Shown here: positions 25,020-38,680 of the stretch, piece after piece | Numbering within the stretch: position 1 is the first letter of the stretch | How the letters are laid out: each line of letters opens with the position of its first letter | DNA from: Octopus vulgaris | Taxonomy: Eukaryota | Direction: 5' to 3' | Assembly (NCBI GenBank): GCA_951406725.2 | Contig: OX597817.1 | Location: 6,758,001-6,822,000 of the forward strand | Length of the DNA: 64,000 nt | The notes under the pieces: model-generated | What the model saw: only the letters and a program-made list of their open reading frames with translations | Databases searched by the model: none | Told to the model about the DNA's origin: nothing | Translations under genes and position numbers: made by a program

Positions 25020-25921
25020 GTAAGCAAGTTACTTATTACATAGCCACTCCGTCAAAATACAGTAAAAAAATTTCACGTGCACGAACAGATGCAGACATTA
25101 TGTGCAAATAAACAAGTCCCACATACATGTGCGTGCACAGACAGTTCACCCACACACTTCAGTAGAAATGATTTGTATTTATGGTTCTTATCTTGCTCTA
25201 TAAAAGAGAAACGATAGCAATACCAAAATCGTCACATGAACAATAATAACAAGAGATAAAAACTGAAGAAATGTTACGCAGCGGCAATCTTGTTCACTAC
25301 ACTTAATTACTACCCAAACCCACACCGACTTGTAATAAAATTATGGTTTCGTTGAGAAACAAATACCTACTGTTGAAAAAAATCCTCCTTAGTCGTCTAC
25401 GTGATAGAATGTATTATGAAAGAAATTCTTTTAAAGTGTTCTTAAATCTAATTTATGACTAAAATAGAATCGGTTTATATCTCGTTTACAATGTATAGTT
25501 TACAATAGGATAGTTTGGAGAATAGCTGAGTTTTTCATAAAGCGTCGCTACTAGACAGGCTATAGATATAGAAAATTGTTGCTATTTTATTTACTTTGAT
25601 ATAGTGTTTACGGAACGAGAGACCGTGCCACATCTAATGTAGGGGGCGCTGGTGGTAGTGATGTATAATTTATATTGATTACTAGACACTATCAAAGATA
25701 ACAAAAAGAAAAAGTGTTGCTTCTTTCTGAAAGTGACTCTAGCTTTGTTGCTGTTAAAGATTTGTCCCAGCTGCAACAGGTGTAATCTCATCACTCACTG
25801 AAACTGTTTAATTTATTTTCTTCCAAATTTTGTTCCAATTAAGTCCAGCTACCCGATGAACACATCCCCTCCTCTTAACATAAACCCAACTCAGCTCTAG
25901 TTGAGATTATGTTATAAGCGA

Positions 25922-26095
25922 CGTAAGTCGTGTCTTTAACGTCACAAATTGCGTTTCAGAAGACGCGGATTAACTACTGAGCAGCATAAATTGATTCTTT
26001 GCCTGTATAAATTGAGTTTCCAAGGATGTAAACTGGAATCCTTACCTGCGTAAATCGAATCTGCAAGACCGTAAATTGAGCCTTCGCCGACGTAA
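25922..26095. repeat. Degenerate 21-bp minisatellite, about 8 units
   Basis: Units start at 25922, 25943, 25964, 25985, 26006, 26027, 26049 and 26070. The consensus start is cgtaaattga. Confidence 0.7.
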
Positions 26096-28489
26096 TAACA
26101 AGACTGTATTTTCAATGGCTTAAGTTCTAACTCTAGTGGTTCTTTATATGTGCAAAGTGAGGTGGAAACGTCTGTTGTTCAAACGTCAGAATCCGTTTTT
26201 GGAATTGAGGACTGCCAATACGCAATGATAAAATTTCTGTCGTAACAGAAAGAGATCTGTGTTGTAAAAGAATCTTTTGAGTATTTTTTATTAAGTATGA
26301 GTAGCTTCGAAGACGAATTAATCACACTCAAATACGTGATTTACATGTAATACTTGATATAATCAACAATTATTTTAGATATACGACATAAATCATTGTC
26401 ATAGTAAACATATTCAAAATACACTTCGTTTACATATTTTCGCTTCCCACCATACATACTGAAATCACTAATAACAAGCCTAATGATAATTTATGGCTTC
26501 AGATTTTGTTGTTAAGTGAGATGTTATGAAACGTTGTCCGTAGATTTTCTAATGGTTTTCAAAGCTAAAACGTTACAGTTCCAACTGAGTCTCTGACATA
26601 TCTCTGGCAATACAGTTTAGTCATCTGTCCTCCAATGAGATCTTGTACTTCCCCAGAACAGCTTGATGCTAACAATTACAAGTCAGTGATGATCTGAGAC
26701 CATTGAAAATCGTTGGCAAGTTAATTACCCAAAATAAATCCATGTTAATATAAAATGACTCTAACCGGACATAACGTTTTAAAATGCAATAAATCAACTT
26801 CTCTGTGAAGTAGTGGCTGCAGTAACCACGAAGGTAAGAAGATACTTCCTCGAAATATATAAACATAATAAACCCAATCAAATCACATACTAATTTAAAC
26901 GGGAAGAGACAGACAACCTTTAATGGAAGTGGTAATATAAAATCAGAAAACCGTATGATTAACAAATACTACTTAAATAGTATTTGTTAATGACGAGAGT
27001 AATATTAAAAATGACGAGAATAATATCAAAGATGAAAATCCAGTTCAAACTCTTGATTCTTAATGAATTCTTGCCGCCGGAGAACTACTACATGTTAAAC
27101 GTGAGACCAATTAGCCTCGTCAGCTTTGCTATTTTCACTGGGGAAATGCTCCTTCATCTCTACATTCATCTTGTTCCACATCCGTCAGTAGTACCTGAAG
27201 TTTTATGAGGGTTTGTTTTCAGAGAAAAAAACCCCTTTGTTTTACCTTCCAACCGGTACAATAATACAACTTATTTAGAATTTACCCAACAGGCAGTGAA
27301 AGGTTGGTTACCGTTTCTTGCCAAACGAAGGCAGGGCTACAAACTACACAATTGATTCATAAAACAGTTGACATCAGCCAAGAGGAGCAAGACTGCCAAA
27401 TGGCGATAAATCTCTAAGGAAAATCACCCATCCACTGTAAACTCTCCCTCATGCACTCAACCATCGCTTTTCGTATTTCCTCAGCTGTTACTGGTCTTTC
27501 ACCCCACTCAGTGGAACTCTATATGGACAGATCATTCCCCCTATATATGTTGTTTTGGCAATATGGTTTCTGTCAGGTCATTTTCCCTATAAATGTTCTT
27601 TCGGCAATGTGTTCCCTATCAACGCTTCAAAATGAGGGCCTTGCCCTTGAGAAAACCCTTCATGTCTCTGATCTACTTCATCATTCTTTCAGGGATTCTT
27701 CACCTGGGGGTATATCACAGCATCTATGTCTGGAGTTTTATACGACACACAGTGGTACACTCTGTCCCAGTCTGTTGCTGCCAAATCCACGGTTTGGTTG
27801 TCAACACGCGCTCTCTTCCCATTCCAATTCATAGGATGTTTTCCATGTGTCAAACATTCTTCTTTTCATTTAGGGAGAGCCATTCCAGCAAACGATTGCC
27901 TACGTAGCCATCAGCACACAGAACTTACTTTGTCATCATCAATATCCTAGTTGTTGTTGCTGCTACTGTTGTGGGTTTATGCTGTTTTTGTCGGCGCCAT
28001 TGCTGTTACAATTTTTGCTTTTTTTGTCCTTACCATCGTTGCTGTTAATGTTGTTGTTGTTGTTATCATCGCTTTTGTTGTTGCTGTCGTTGTTTGTGTT
28101 CTAACAGATAATACTTTGTTCATATCGTTGACTTTGCTATGGTTTTTATTGTTGTTATTTTTTTATCGGGTAACTGTTTCCTAATGAAATTAGAAATATG
28201 CGAAGTTTTTTCTACTACCTCTTAATTGAGTCTAATGGCGGGCGTTACTGATGCCAAAATGACAAACGAGAAGAAAATGGCAAATGAAAGCAAATAAAAT
28301 ATTACAAATGTTTCCCTATGGGACACAAATATGCTATCTTCCCTTTCGCCCAGTGAAGTAAGTTTCCTTAACGAAAGATTTAAGAAACAATTACAAAAAA
28401 ATAGTTCACAACAAAACAGATAAAAATTCGGGAGCCAATATGATATATGTCCAAAATAAAACGACCAATATAACAACATCAACAACAAT

Positions 28490-28508
28490 AACGACAATGA
28501 TAATAATG

Positions 28509-28566
<58 letters not shown>

Positions 28567-28764
28567 TGGTAATAATGGTGATGATGATGATGATGGTGAT
28601 GACGATGTTGATGGTGTTGATGATGATGATGATGACATCTCTCTTATTTACCACCACGGGAACAATAAAAGGAGGGTCTCATCAATATCATTTTTTCCTG
28701 AACTGTTTTATACTGTGCATAATTATACACAGTATTGTTTTATTGCATATCGTGTATACCTTCA

Positions 28765-28823
<59 letters not shown>

Positions 28824-28880
28824 TAATAATAATGATAATAATAATAATAATAACAATAACAACAATAATAATAATAAAAA

Positions 28881-28911
<31 letters not shown>

Positions 28912-28917
28912 AATAAT
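28490..28917. repeat. (TAA)n/(TGA)n microsatellite cluster
   Basis: Two tracts are directly visible, at 28490-28635 and 28766-28917. Confidence 0.95.
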
Positions 28918-29130
28918 CCTTTCTATTATTGGCACAATGTCTGAAATATGGGGGAGGGGAATAGTCTATTACATCAACGCCAGTACTGAACAGGTACTTA
29001 ATTTATCGATCCCAAAGGGATGAAATGTAAAGGCGACTACGGCGGAATTTGAATCCAGAATGGAAGGATGTACAACGTGCCGCTAAGCATTTTGCCTGGC
29101 GTGCTAACGGTTCTGCCAGCTCGTCCTCTC
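28918..29130 (-). mobile_element. SINE family B copy
   Basis: ggtacttaatttatcgatcccaaagggatgaaa...ggcggaatttgaa...gtgctaacggttctgccagctcg. Confidence 0.8.
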
Positions 29131-29149
29131 ATAAGATAATAATAATAAT

Positions 29150-29440
29150 TCACAAAATTATAGTAATACCAGTAGTAGTTGGTGAGATGAGAATGATAAA
29201 TACGGGAGCTGAGAAGTATATAAAGCAACTCCCTAGTAACTCCCATCTCCGTGAACTACAAAAGATAACCTTGATCGGTACAACCCATATATTAGGGAAA
29301 GTACTCTCCATCTAAATGGAATAAATGTGGTGATAAATTTAGCATGCATAGCAAAACAAAAGTGCCCTTGCTACACTTGGCCTCCGGAGAATGCCCGGTA
29401 CGAAAGCAGCAGAAATAAAGTTATAATGAAAGGAAACGAT
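29150..29440 (+). mobile_element. R4/Dong-type LINE 3' end between (TAA)n tracts
   Basis: IPVVVGEMRMI...LQKITLIGTTHILGKVLSI*, followed by a UTR and (TAA)n at 29441-29503. Confidence 0.75.
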
Positions 29441-29456
29441 TAATAATAATAATAAC

Positions 29457-29505
<49 letters not shown>

Positions 29506-29649
29506 GCAGGAAAAGGAGAGAAATTTCACAGCGACAATGTTCTTCTCAATATGTGTGACATATCAGTTAAGACGATCTTTTGCACTTCCTGCATAAATGG
29601 TAAGCCAGGGATCATTCTTAAATAATTTTCAGTTTCTTTATTAAACATA

Positions 29650-30017
29650 GGCGCAGGAGTGGCTGTGTGGTAAGTAGCTTGCTAACCAACCACACGGTTG
29701 CGGGTTCAGTCCCACTGCGTGGCATCTTGGGCAAGTGTCTTCTGCTATAGCCCCGGGCCGACCAATGCCTTGTGAGTGGATTTGGTAGACGGAAACTGAA
29801 AGAAGCCTGTCGTATATATGTATATATATATGTATGCGTGTGTTTGTGTGTCTGTGTTTGTCCCCCTAGCATTGCTTGACAACCGATGCTGGTGTGTTTT
29901 TAGGTCCCCGTCACTTAGCGGTTCGGCAAAAAGAGACCGATAGAATAAGTACTAAAAGGTGGTGCTCCAGCATGGCCGCAGTCAAATGACTGAAACAAGT
30001 AAAAGAGTAAAATAGTA
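29650..30017 (+). mobile_element. tRNA-derived SINE family C
   Basis: Head ggcgcaggagtggctgtgtggtaag...gggttcagtccc, core ttgggcaagtg, internal TA/TG tract and tail gaaacaagtaaaagagtaaaa. Confidence 0.85.
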
Positions 30018-30960
30018 AGTCAGTAATGATATCAGGATGCAATTTGGCGTCGATAGATGTGCAAAACTACTTTTATCAAAGAGAAAATGACAGAACCATC
30101 TGACGTTAACATTGACCAGCAGAACGTCATAAAGGAGAGCAACGAATAGCTAATGGAATTTGAAAGAGACGGAATCACACATTCAGTTATGAAGGAAAGG
30201 ATCTGAAGAGAATGTTATCGTAGGGTGAGTGCAATAATCAAGACGGAGCTGAATGCAAGAAACAGTATCGAAGGGATCAATACCTTAACCATACCAGTTG
30301 TGACTTACAGTTTCAATATCATTAACTGGTCAATTACTGAAATATGTAAACTTGACAAAAAAATACGAAAACTGTTGACAATGCGTAGAATGCACCACCC
30401 TAAGGCAGATATAGAACGACTTTATCTGCCAAGGAAAGAGGGATGACGTGGACTTTTACAACTGGCATTAACAAGGAAGACTGCTACAATTGGGCGAGAC
30501 ACGTACATGAAAAACTCTGAGGCCTGGATGTTAAAACTCAAAATATGAAAACAAGAAAGCATCATACTCAGTAATAAAACAGGCAACAGAATATCTAAGT
30601 GAATTCCGAATACAACAATTTCCAGAATTAGACGTAGTAGAAACAGAGTAAAAGCTAAGCGTATGAAAACCCGTATTAAAACTGCTACCTTAGATATTCT
30701 GACTGATAAATGGCAAGAAAAACCTTTCAATGGCAAATACTCAACAATAATGCCGATGTTGACAAAGCCCTTACCCATCAATGACTAAGGCTTCTGGCTC
30801 AAAATCAGAGAGAGAATGGTTTATCATAGCAGCTCAAGATCAATGACTACCTACAAGAAACTACCAGGCCAATATATTAAAGAACGGCAGCTTCCCAACA
30901 TGCTGTGTATGTCAAGAAGAAAATGAAACCATTGATCCTGTAGTCTCCATATGCAGTCTT
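30018..30960 (+). mobile_element. R4/Dong-type LINE internal fragment (RT end to CCHC)
   Basis: IKTELNARN..EGINTLTIPVVTYSFNIINW...MHHPKADIERLYLPRKEG, GFIIAAQDQ and C.VCQEENETID. It overlaps 43623-43960 in homology. Confidence 0.85.
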
Positions 30961-31414
30961 TCACCGTTTTGTCCACAGATTCTCCACTTATAACATTCCG
31001 CTATGTTGTTTATTCTGTATTTTATGTAGTTTGGTTTTAGTGCTTGCTCTTGGGCAGAACAGATTAGAGCCTCCGTTTCCGATTTTTAATCACTTTTCGT
31101 GACCCACATCCATCTTTATTCTTATCTTCAACATCCCTATGAAATTGACAACGCATTCATCTCTTTACCCACCTATTTTCAGTTTCATTCGTTTTCAGTT
31201 TCTTGTATAGTGCTTTATCTTTGCAATTTCTCATCCTACACAAGCCTGACCTTCTTACTTCTAATAATATCGGTTCGGTGGCATTTTTTACATACCCTGC
31301 TATGTTGTTTTCTTCTGTTCCAATGCTGTATTAGTATCCAATAAGTCCTCTTCCCCTTCTTTTTCTTGGTACAGTCAATCAGTGTCACTTTTGGGGTGCA
31401 CTGACCCATATCTA

Positions 31415-31415
<1 letters not shown>
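30961..31415 (-). mobile_element. R4/Dong-type LINE fragment of a second subfamily, in opposite orientation
   Basis: The minus strand reads RWMWVTKSD*KSETEALICSAQEQAL. It abuts (TTA)n at 31416. Confidence 0.7.
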
Positions 31416-31462
<47 letters not shown>

Positions 31463-31508
31463 GTTGTTGTTGTTGTTGTTGTTGTTATTGTTGTTGTTGT
31501 TGTTGTTG

Positions 31509-31567
<59 letters not shown>
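31416..31567. repeat. (TTA)n/(TTG)n microsatellite
   Basis: Directly visible. Confidence 0.97.
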
Positions 31568-32016
31568 AGGGCGTACTTTATTATTGTGATCGTATCTGGG
31601 AATAAGAATATTTTTTAAGCAAAACTGGTTATGAAAGCTCACTTTACACCAACGAATTCTGGATATGACCGTACATTTACCAACAGTCAGCTATCAACTT
31701 AAGATACAGCTGGTAAAGGAGTGGGCTGGATATCTGTCATTCGCAGAGATATATGCATCCTTATCTATTTTCACTCCGCTATAATCTGCTGTTTTGGGAT
31801 GTTATCCAAACTGACAGTAATTTTCATCATATTCATCAACAAAAGAGAATAAAATACATGTGGCACGTACTCTGTTTGATTAATATGCTCAGGATTCATG
31901 TATACACATTCACATATACTGACATGCGTACACACTCGTATTCATATGTATATATCTGTGTACTATAAACAACGACTACGCTAATATTACTACACACAGT
32001 ACCACTAATAATAATC

Positions 32017-32876
<860 letters not shown>

Positions 32877-33074
32877 TTAATAGTAATAGTGATAATAAAT
32901 ATATTATTGTGAAAAACGTCGTCCAAAGTTTGTATCTTTCGTATATCTTGCTGAGATTCACCCTGACGCCTGGGACAAAGTTTGATGTTTAATTAACAAT
33001 CACTAGTCTTACAGCCGACATCATAATGACATAAAAAAGCAGTAAAGTTCTGTGTAAGATATTTACATTGATAA

Positions 33075-33625
33075 TACTTTTCTGAAGACATGTACAGTAC
33101 CAGCAAGCATCGTTATCTTTTATTTCTATTGTATACTGCTCGCCTTTTTCCTCATTCCAAATGGAGTGAATATCACTGGTAATGTACAACCCCAACATCG
33201 TATCAATTTCCGTTATTGGAATATTATATATAATGAGCTTTCAGAAAACTTTCCAGGTAATATTACAATCTGCTTGTATGCTCATGACAATTAAAAATAT
33301 GTTTTCTTGAACGTTATTTCACAATTATATTCTATCTATTGGGCTTGATCATATTGTGAGTGTTCATTAGAATATCCCAAAGAATTGTCGCGTGTTTTAC
33401 TTCTGTTATTGCAAGTGGGTAATGCTTGTACCATTTTCCTTCTGCAAAATATTATCCTATTGTATCATGCCCAGCTTTATACTCCAATATTTTGCAGACT
33501 GAAACGAGGTGGTCAACGATCTCATATTGCTCATAACAAAAGGAACACTTAGGATCAGTTCTATTTATGATCATATTGGCTTGAATTGTGTCAAAATAAA
33601 ATCCTCCCCCACTGTTTTTGCTCAG
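33075..33625 (-). mobile_element. Old R4/Dong-type LINE 3' fragment
   Basis: DPKCSFCYEQYEIVDHLVSVC..EYKAGHD (CCHC plus RHD-like) and a decayed GT.HVFRK terminus. Confidence 0.65.
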
Positions 33626-34814
33626 AACTCTATCGTTAGTTATATAATAATAATAATTAAAAAAAAACTGAAATTCCATGTTATTCATTAACGGAGCACA
33701 ACGCGGAAAAAATTCCAGTGTATCAACACATCCACCGCTGAGGGCTGAAGGTTGTATTTTATCTACAACTGGTCTATTTCTGTGATATTAAGCACTATAT
33801 CTCTATAATAGATATTATCTCAGAAATACCGCGGTTATTTGACTTTATATGATGTAGTTGCATTAAATATGATTCCGTTCATATAACGAATTATTATAGT
33901 AATTTTCAGTAGAGTCAAATCCACGGGTAAGATAGATTCAAATTTTTCCAGTTCTCACTTTTAAAATTTTGTAGGGGTTTATTTTGACGGTCATCCATGT
34001 AACAGAGTTGTCTAATACAATTTGCATAAATTATATGAACCCAGTCTGCAGATGAGTATATTTGCACGTTTCCCAATACGTGCGATGCATTACCTTTACC
34101 TCGGGGCTTCATCCCATACGGGTAGAAATGGGCTCTCTTCTTTATTATTCTTTTCTTTTTACAATTGTCTTCTATAACATTTTCTCCACATATTTTAGTA
34201 GGACTTCTTTCCACCGTGATCCTTTTAGGACAAATTTGTGTGTGTGTATTACTGATGTTACATACTTAATGCATGTTCTGGATTGTCTCTTAGAAAACGT
34301 CGAGTGTTAGAAGACGACACTGAATATTTCAGACTAAACGGAACATCACTCCGTAGTTGAACGAGAACGGCGGATATCGATATATTGCTGTTATTCCAAC
34401 TTGTCAGTTTGAGGTATTTAGTTTTGCTTAACACTCGACTTCTTAAAGGGACTTTTCCTTCCGTGAATCTCGGATACAATATGAGCATAAAGAAAACACT
34501 TACATTATGAGGTATCAGTAATATTTACATTTTTAGAGCTTCTAATATTTATACATGCTACAGAGGGTGAGTGATAAAAACACACGTAGAAAGATAACTA
34601 ACCTAAATTCGAGAAATTGTTAATATTCAGAACATACAGGAGATAAAACTGGATTATGAATCACATATATAATGCGTAGATCCGTGAGGATACAAGAAAA
34701 AGTGAAAAACAACTCCTACACTCAGAACATAACCAATGCAAATAGCCTTTGCTCTCTTGTTTAATGAATGTATAAAATCAATAACGTGGGAATATTAAAC
34801 ACTAATAATGATAT

Positions 34815-35000
34815 TGGTTTCAGATTTTGATAGAAGGGCGAGTGGCTAAGTCGATTCCATCGACCCCAGTTTTCGAGTTGTAGTTGTTTTATTTACCGCG
34901 AAAACAGGAAAACCATAGTCGACCTCGGTGGAATTTAATCTCAGAACGTAAAGATGGACGAAATGCCCCTAAGCCTTTTGTACAGCGGGCATTCGATTGT
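34815..35000 (-). mobile_element. Diverged SINE family B copy
   Basis: gtcgattccatcgaccccag...gtcgacctcggtggaattt..ctcagaacgtaaaga. Confidence 0.65.
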
Positions 35001-35914
35001 ACTTGCCGATATTTTATAACTCCGTACAATATGCATTTGCTGTTTTATTAATGTCTTTCTTTATCGATTTTGTTTAAATATCATTCTCAGCCCAAAACCG
35101 GCGTTTTTCATTTTCAACATACCCTGTTTGTGGACAATATTGGCTGCACAGGTCTTTCTTTAGCCATGTGTTTGTCGTATACATGAAATCTTTCGCGTTT
35201 TCTGCAATTTCTTTGGCATTTTAAAGCGCATAAATGAGCGTGCCCTCATCATGCAAAACTGCACAATCGCTGCGTGTACTAACCCTCGTCATACTTCCTT
35301 TGAACATAAATAGATATGATGGATTATAATTTTTATGTTGGTGTTATACATTTTGAGCAAATTCTGTGCTTATTTTTTCTTAAAGTCATTTCTAAGAATA
35401 TGCAAATATCCCAGAATTGTCATGCCCAACGAATCAATTTTCTTCACAATATAACCTCTGGTTAATTTCGTATCCATTATATTGCTAACATGCAACCTGG
35501 TACGCTTGCTAGAAATTCTGTTTCAATGATTTTCCATTACGTAATCATGCAAACTGCGGTGTCCCTAACTACTTCAGTTCCTATCAGAGAACGAATGATC
35601 TTATCGCATGTTTATCACATTTGTTTTAATCTAATGACCACGCTTTGTCATTAACTCTGCGCAAATAGTCATTGTAAATTCCCTTTGTAAATATGCTTTC
35701 TGTTTGAACTAGAGAATCCTGGTCTTTCTAATCCCTGGTGTAGAATTTAAGTTTATTCTTATATAGCAGATTATTCTATTTATCCCAACTTTAGGCAAGC
35801 TCATAAGCATAATGGGTAGTGAAAAATTATTATTGTTACTATTATTATCATTATTGTTGTTGTTGCTGTTGCTGCTGTTGTTGTTTCTGCTGTTGCTGCT
35901 GATTTTTAAGGCTC

Positions 35915-36092
35915 CGGAAAAATGCTTAGCGGCATTTCGTCCGTCTTTACGTTCCGATAAAACTCCACCGATGTCAACTTTGCCTTTCATCCTTTCGGGC
36001 TAGATGAAATAAGTACTAGTTAAGTACTTGGGTCGATGTAACCGAGTAGCCATTTCCCTACAAATTCCGTACCTGTGCCTATAGAAGAAAAA
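35915..36092 (+). mobile_element. SINE family B copy with (ATT)n tail
   Basis: aaatgcttagcggcatttcgtc...gtcaactttgcctttcatcctttcggg...aaataagtac. Confidence 0.75.
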
Positions 36093-36745
36093 TTATTATT
36101 ATTATTTGCTGCTATTTTGCTGTTGTGGCTGTTGTTGATCTTGATGCTGCTACTACTACTACTGCTACAGCTGCTGCTACTGTTGCTGTTACTGCAACTG
36201 CTGCTGCAGTCACCGCTTCTCTTGTTGTCATTATTTTGACATTCACTGCAAGGTTATCGTAAAAATGGTTTAAAAAGCACGTAAGAAAGTACGAGTTATA
36301 GGAAACGGAAGTGCGGTATATTTCAACGTTAAAACATATGCAAAATATACAAGACCGCCAGAACACACATATCTGTTACTTATGTAAGATCCAGTCACAT
36401 GAGGCTATCGATCACTTTCAATTCCGATAATTTTCTGCGAAGTGGATTCTCTCGATTTTCCCTAAACCATTTCTAAAAATTTGGGGGCTTCTCACCTGTA
36501 GCTGTTGATAGATAAATGGTGTTCGTTTCAGCAGTCCTCTGCCATTTTAGATTAACGTGTATTCCTCCTCCATTCATTCCTCAATCAGCAGTTTATTTTT
36601 ATATTTGTTCCGTTGGCAACCATTACTAATTCGGACAACCACAGCTATCAAGAAATGCCGCCCAAAACCACATTTCCGCGAAGAAGTTCTACTAAGTTAA
36701 AGTTCGTCTGTCTCGCTCCCCTCTATTTTTTTTATTCATCATACA

Positions 36746-37128
36746 CTAGCAGTATCGCCCGGCGTTGCTCGGGTTTGTAAGGGAAATAACTATATAAGCA
36801 TTTTTAGAGATGTAAAGTATAATAGCCATCACAAAGGTGGGGGGTGTTACTGTAGCTTTTTACGTTCTAAGATTTAATAATAAATTTTTAGAGAGTTACT
36901 TCCCTTATATATGCGAAAAATACATTAAAAATGGGAAAAATTCATGGTAATTTTTTTTTTTAATCGTAGACTCATCGTAGACGCGCGCTGATACCCAGAA
37001 GGGCTCGATATGAATCACGACTATAAGATAGCCGGTTTTGGCTAAACTGCACCGCAAAATGTGGGAATAGTTAGGAATCTAAATCGTAGGAGACAGACAG
37101 CACACAACCTCAATTTTATATATAAAGA
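36746..37128 (-). mobile_element. Non-autonomous Helitron
   Basis: The minus strand starts TC (tctttatatataaaa) and ends with hairpin cccgagcaacgccggg followed by CTAG. It is inserted between A and T with no TSD. Confidence 0.85.
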
Positions 37129-37557
37129 TTTCTTCCTTATTCATGGTGACGTTTTCCCAACTCTCTATGTATTTCACTTACTGCAACAGAAGTATTCCAT
37201 AAGGTAAATTTGCGAGTATTTCAAAATATGCATTCGTTCGGCGACGTTGGATGACCAATATCCATCCACACTTGCAAAGCTATGCCGCCAAGTATAATTC
37301 ACATCCCTCTTTTGTACACAGGTATTGTGTGTTAAGATCTGGACAACAGTAAATGTAGTTTCGATCATGGAATAATTTTTTTTAAATATTAATTTTAATA
37401 TAGGGTAAAGTCAATAATAATTTTACAAGGTGGTCAGTGCGGAAATGAAAACCTTATCGGTACATTTTACAAAATAATTTATAATTATATACATAATTAC
37501 AACATTATGTATATAATTATAAAATATTTTATATGTATGTATATACATACATATATA

Positions 37558-38627
37558 TCTATATATATAAAACTCAACTTGTGTGTCTGTGTGTGTATTT
37601 GTGTGTGTGTCTGTGTGTTTAACGTCCCAGCACATCTCCTCCTAGCCAACAAATCGTAGAACCACCAAAATGGGTCACTTAAAGTTTTGGCGAATGAAAA
37701 TTGAACTGCGCTATTTCTGTTCCGAAATTCATCTCGCAAATGCAAAATTCGATAATGTGTTTCTTTAGGCCTTATCACATGCATTGAATAGTGAACTTTA
37801 CTCAGTCAACTGTTTGACGTGAACTGTGTTCACCACGCGTGCAAGCATGCGTAAATTGCATGAAAAATTTTAAAAATCAAGATATAAAAACGAATCGCCG
37901 TAAACATTGTAGAAATTCGGCAGAGAAATGAATTTTCGGGATGTAGCCTGGAGGGTTTTTTCGTATTAATCGTTTGAACTTTGTGAACACATACCAATGG
38001 TTTTCATAACATTTTTAACGCTTTGAATTAAATGTGACCATTTTGCGTTGGGTCTGCAATTTGAATCACTTTAATTAAATTTTAGCAGGCCGGATTTTTG
38101 ATCATCACGATACATTGCCAGCGACTCCCTGAAACTCTCCCCTGAAATCCCCGTGGAGAAATCTATATATATAAAACTCAACTTGTGTGTGTGTGTGTAT
38201 CTGTGTGTGTGCCTGTGTGTTTAACTTTTGGATCTACCAAGTTTCATTATTAAGGATGGAAAGTAGTGTGTAGCAAATCTCTATATATAAAGCTGAAGTT
38301 GTCTGTGTGTGGCAGGTTTGGTAGCCTTCAACTAACACTATCTCCTTCGAGACCCTGCAGCACAAGTTAACAAAAATTGAGAGTATGATAGAAGAAGGCT
38401 TGCTCTTCATTCTGTAGGAGATAAAATTCAAATCGGACCATGTTAACACCAAAATTTATATGCATCAAAAAGATGCTTTTCTTCTATGAAAAGCCCTATT
38501 TTTTTACGATTTTTCACTACTGTGTCACCATTTCTCGGTGTATTTCAACTAGAAAAACTTTTACTTTTCAAAAATTCCAATACTAAAGGGTCGAAACAAA
38601 CCCAAGCAACACCGGGTGATACTACTA

Positions 38628-38628
<1 letters not shown>
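37558..38628 (+). mobile_element. Composite non-autonomous Helitron (5' ends at 37558, 38162, 38278; one 3' end)
   Basis: tct(a/c)tatatataaa 5' termini. The 3' end cccaagcaacaccgggtgatactaCTAG-t is homologous to the 36746 element. Confidence 0.75.

Positions 38629-38680
<52 letters not shown>

Noticed and set aside
25635-25656. CTCF-like site (tagggggcgct)
   Set aside because: It matches only half of the motif and lacks the CCAC-type 5' part. This is expected by chance.
26041-26066. 15-nt microexon (ttgcag|ATTCGATTTACGCAG|gtaagg, minus strand)
   Set aside because: It lies inside the degenerate 21-bp array and has a weak polypyrimidine tract, so it is probably coincidental.
27240-27910. Overlapping ORFs of 74-127 aa in a higher-complexity block (similar block at 41820-42650)
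   Set aside because: I recognise no protein motif. These are probably old TE remnants but I cannot assign them.
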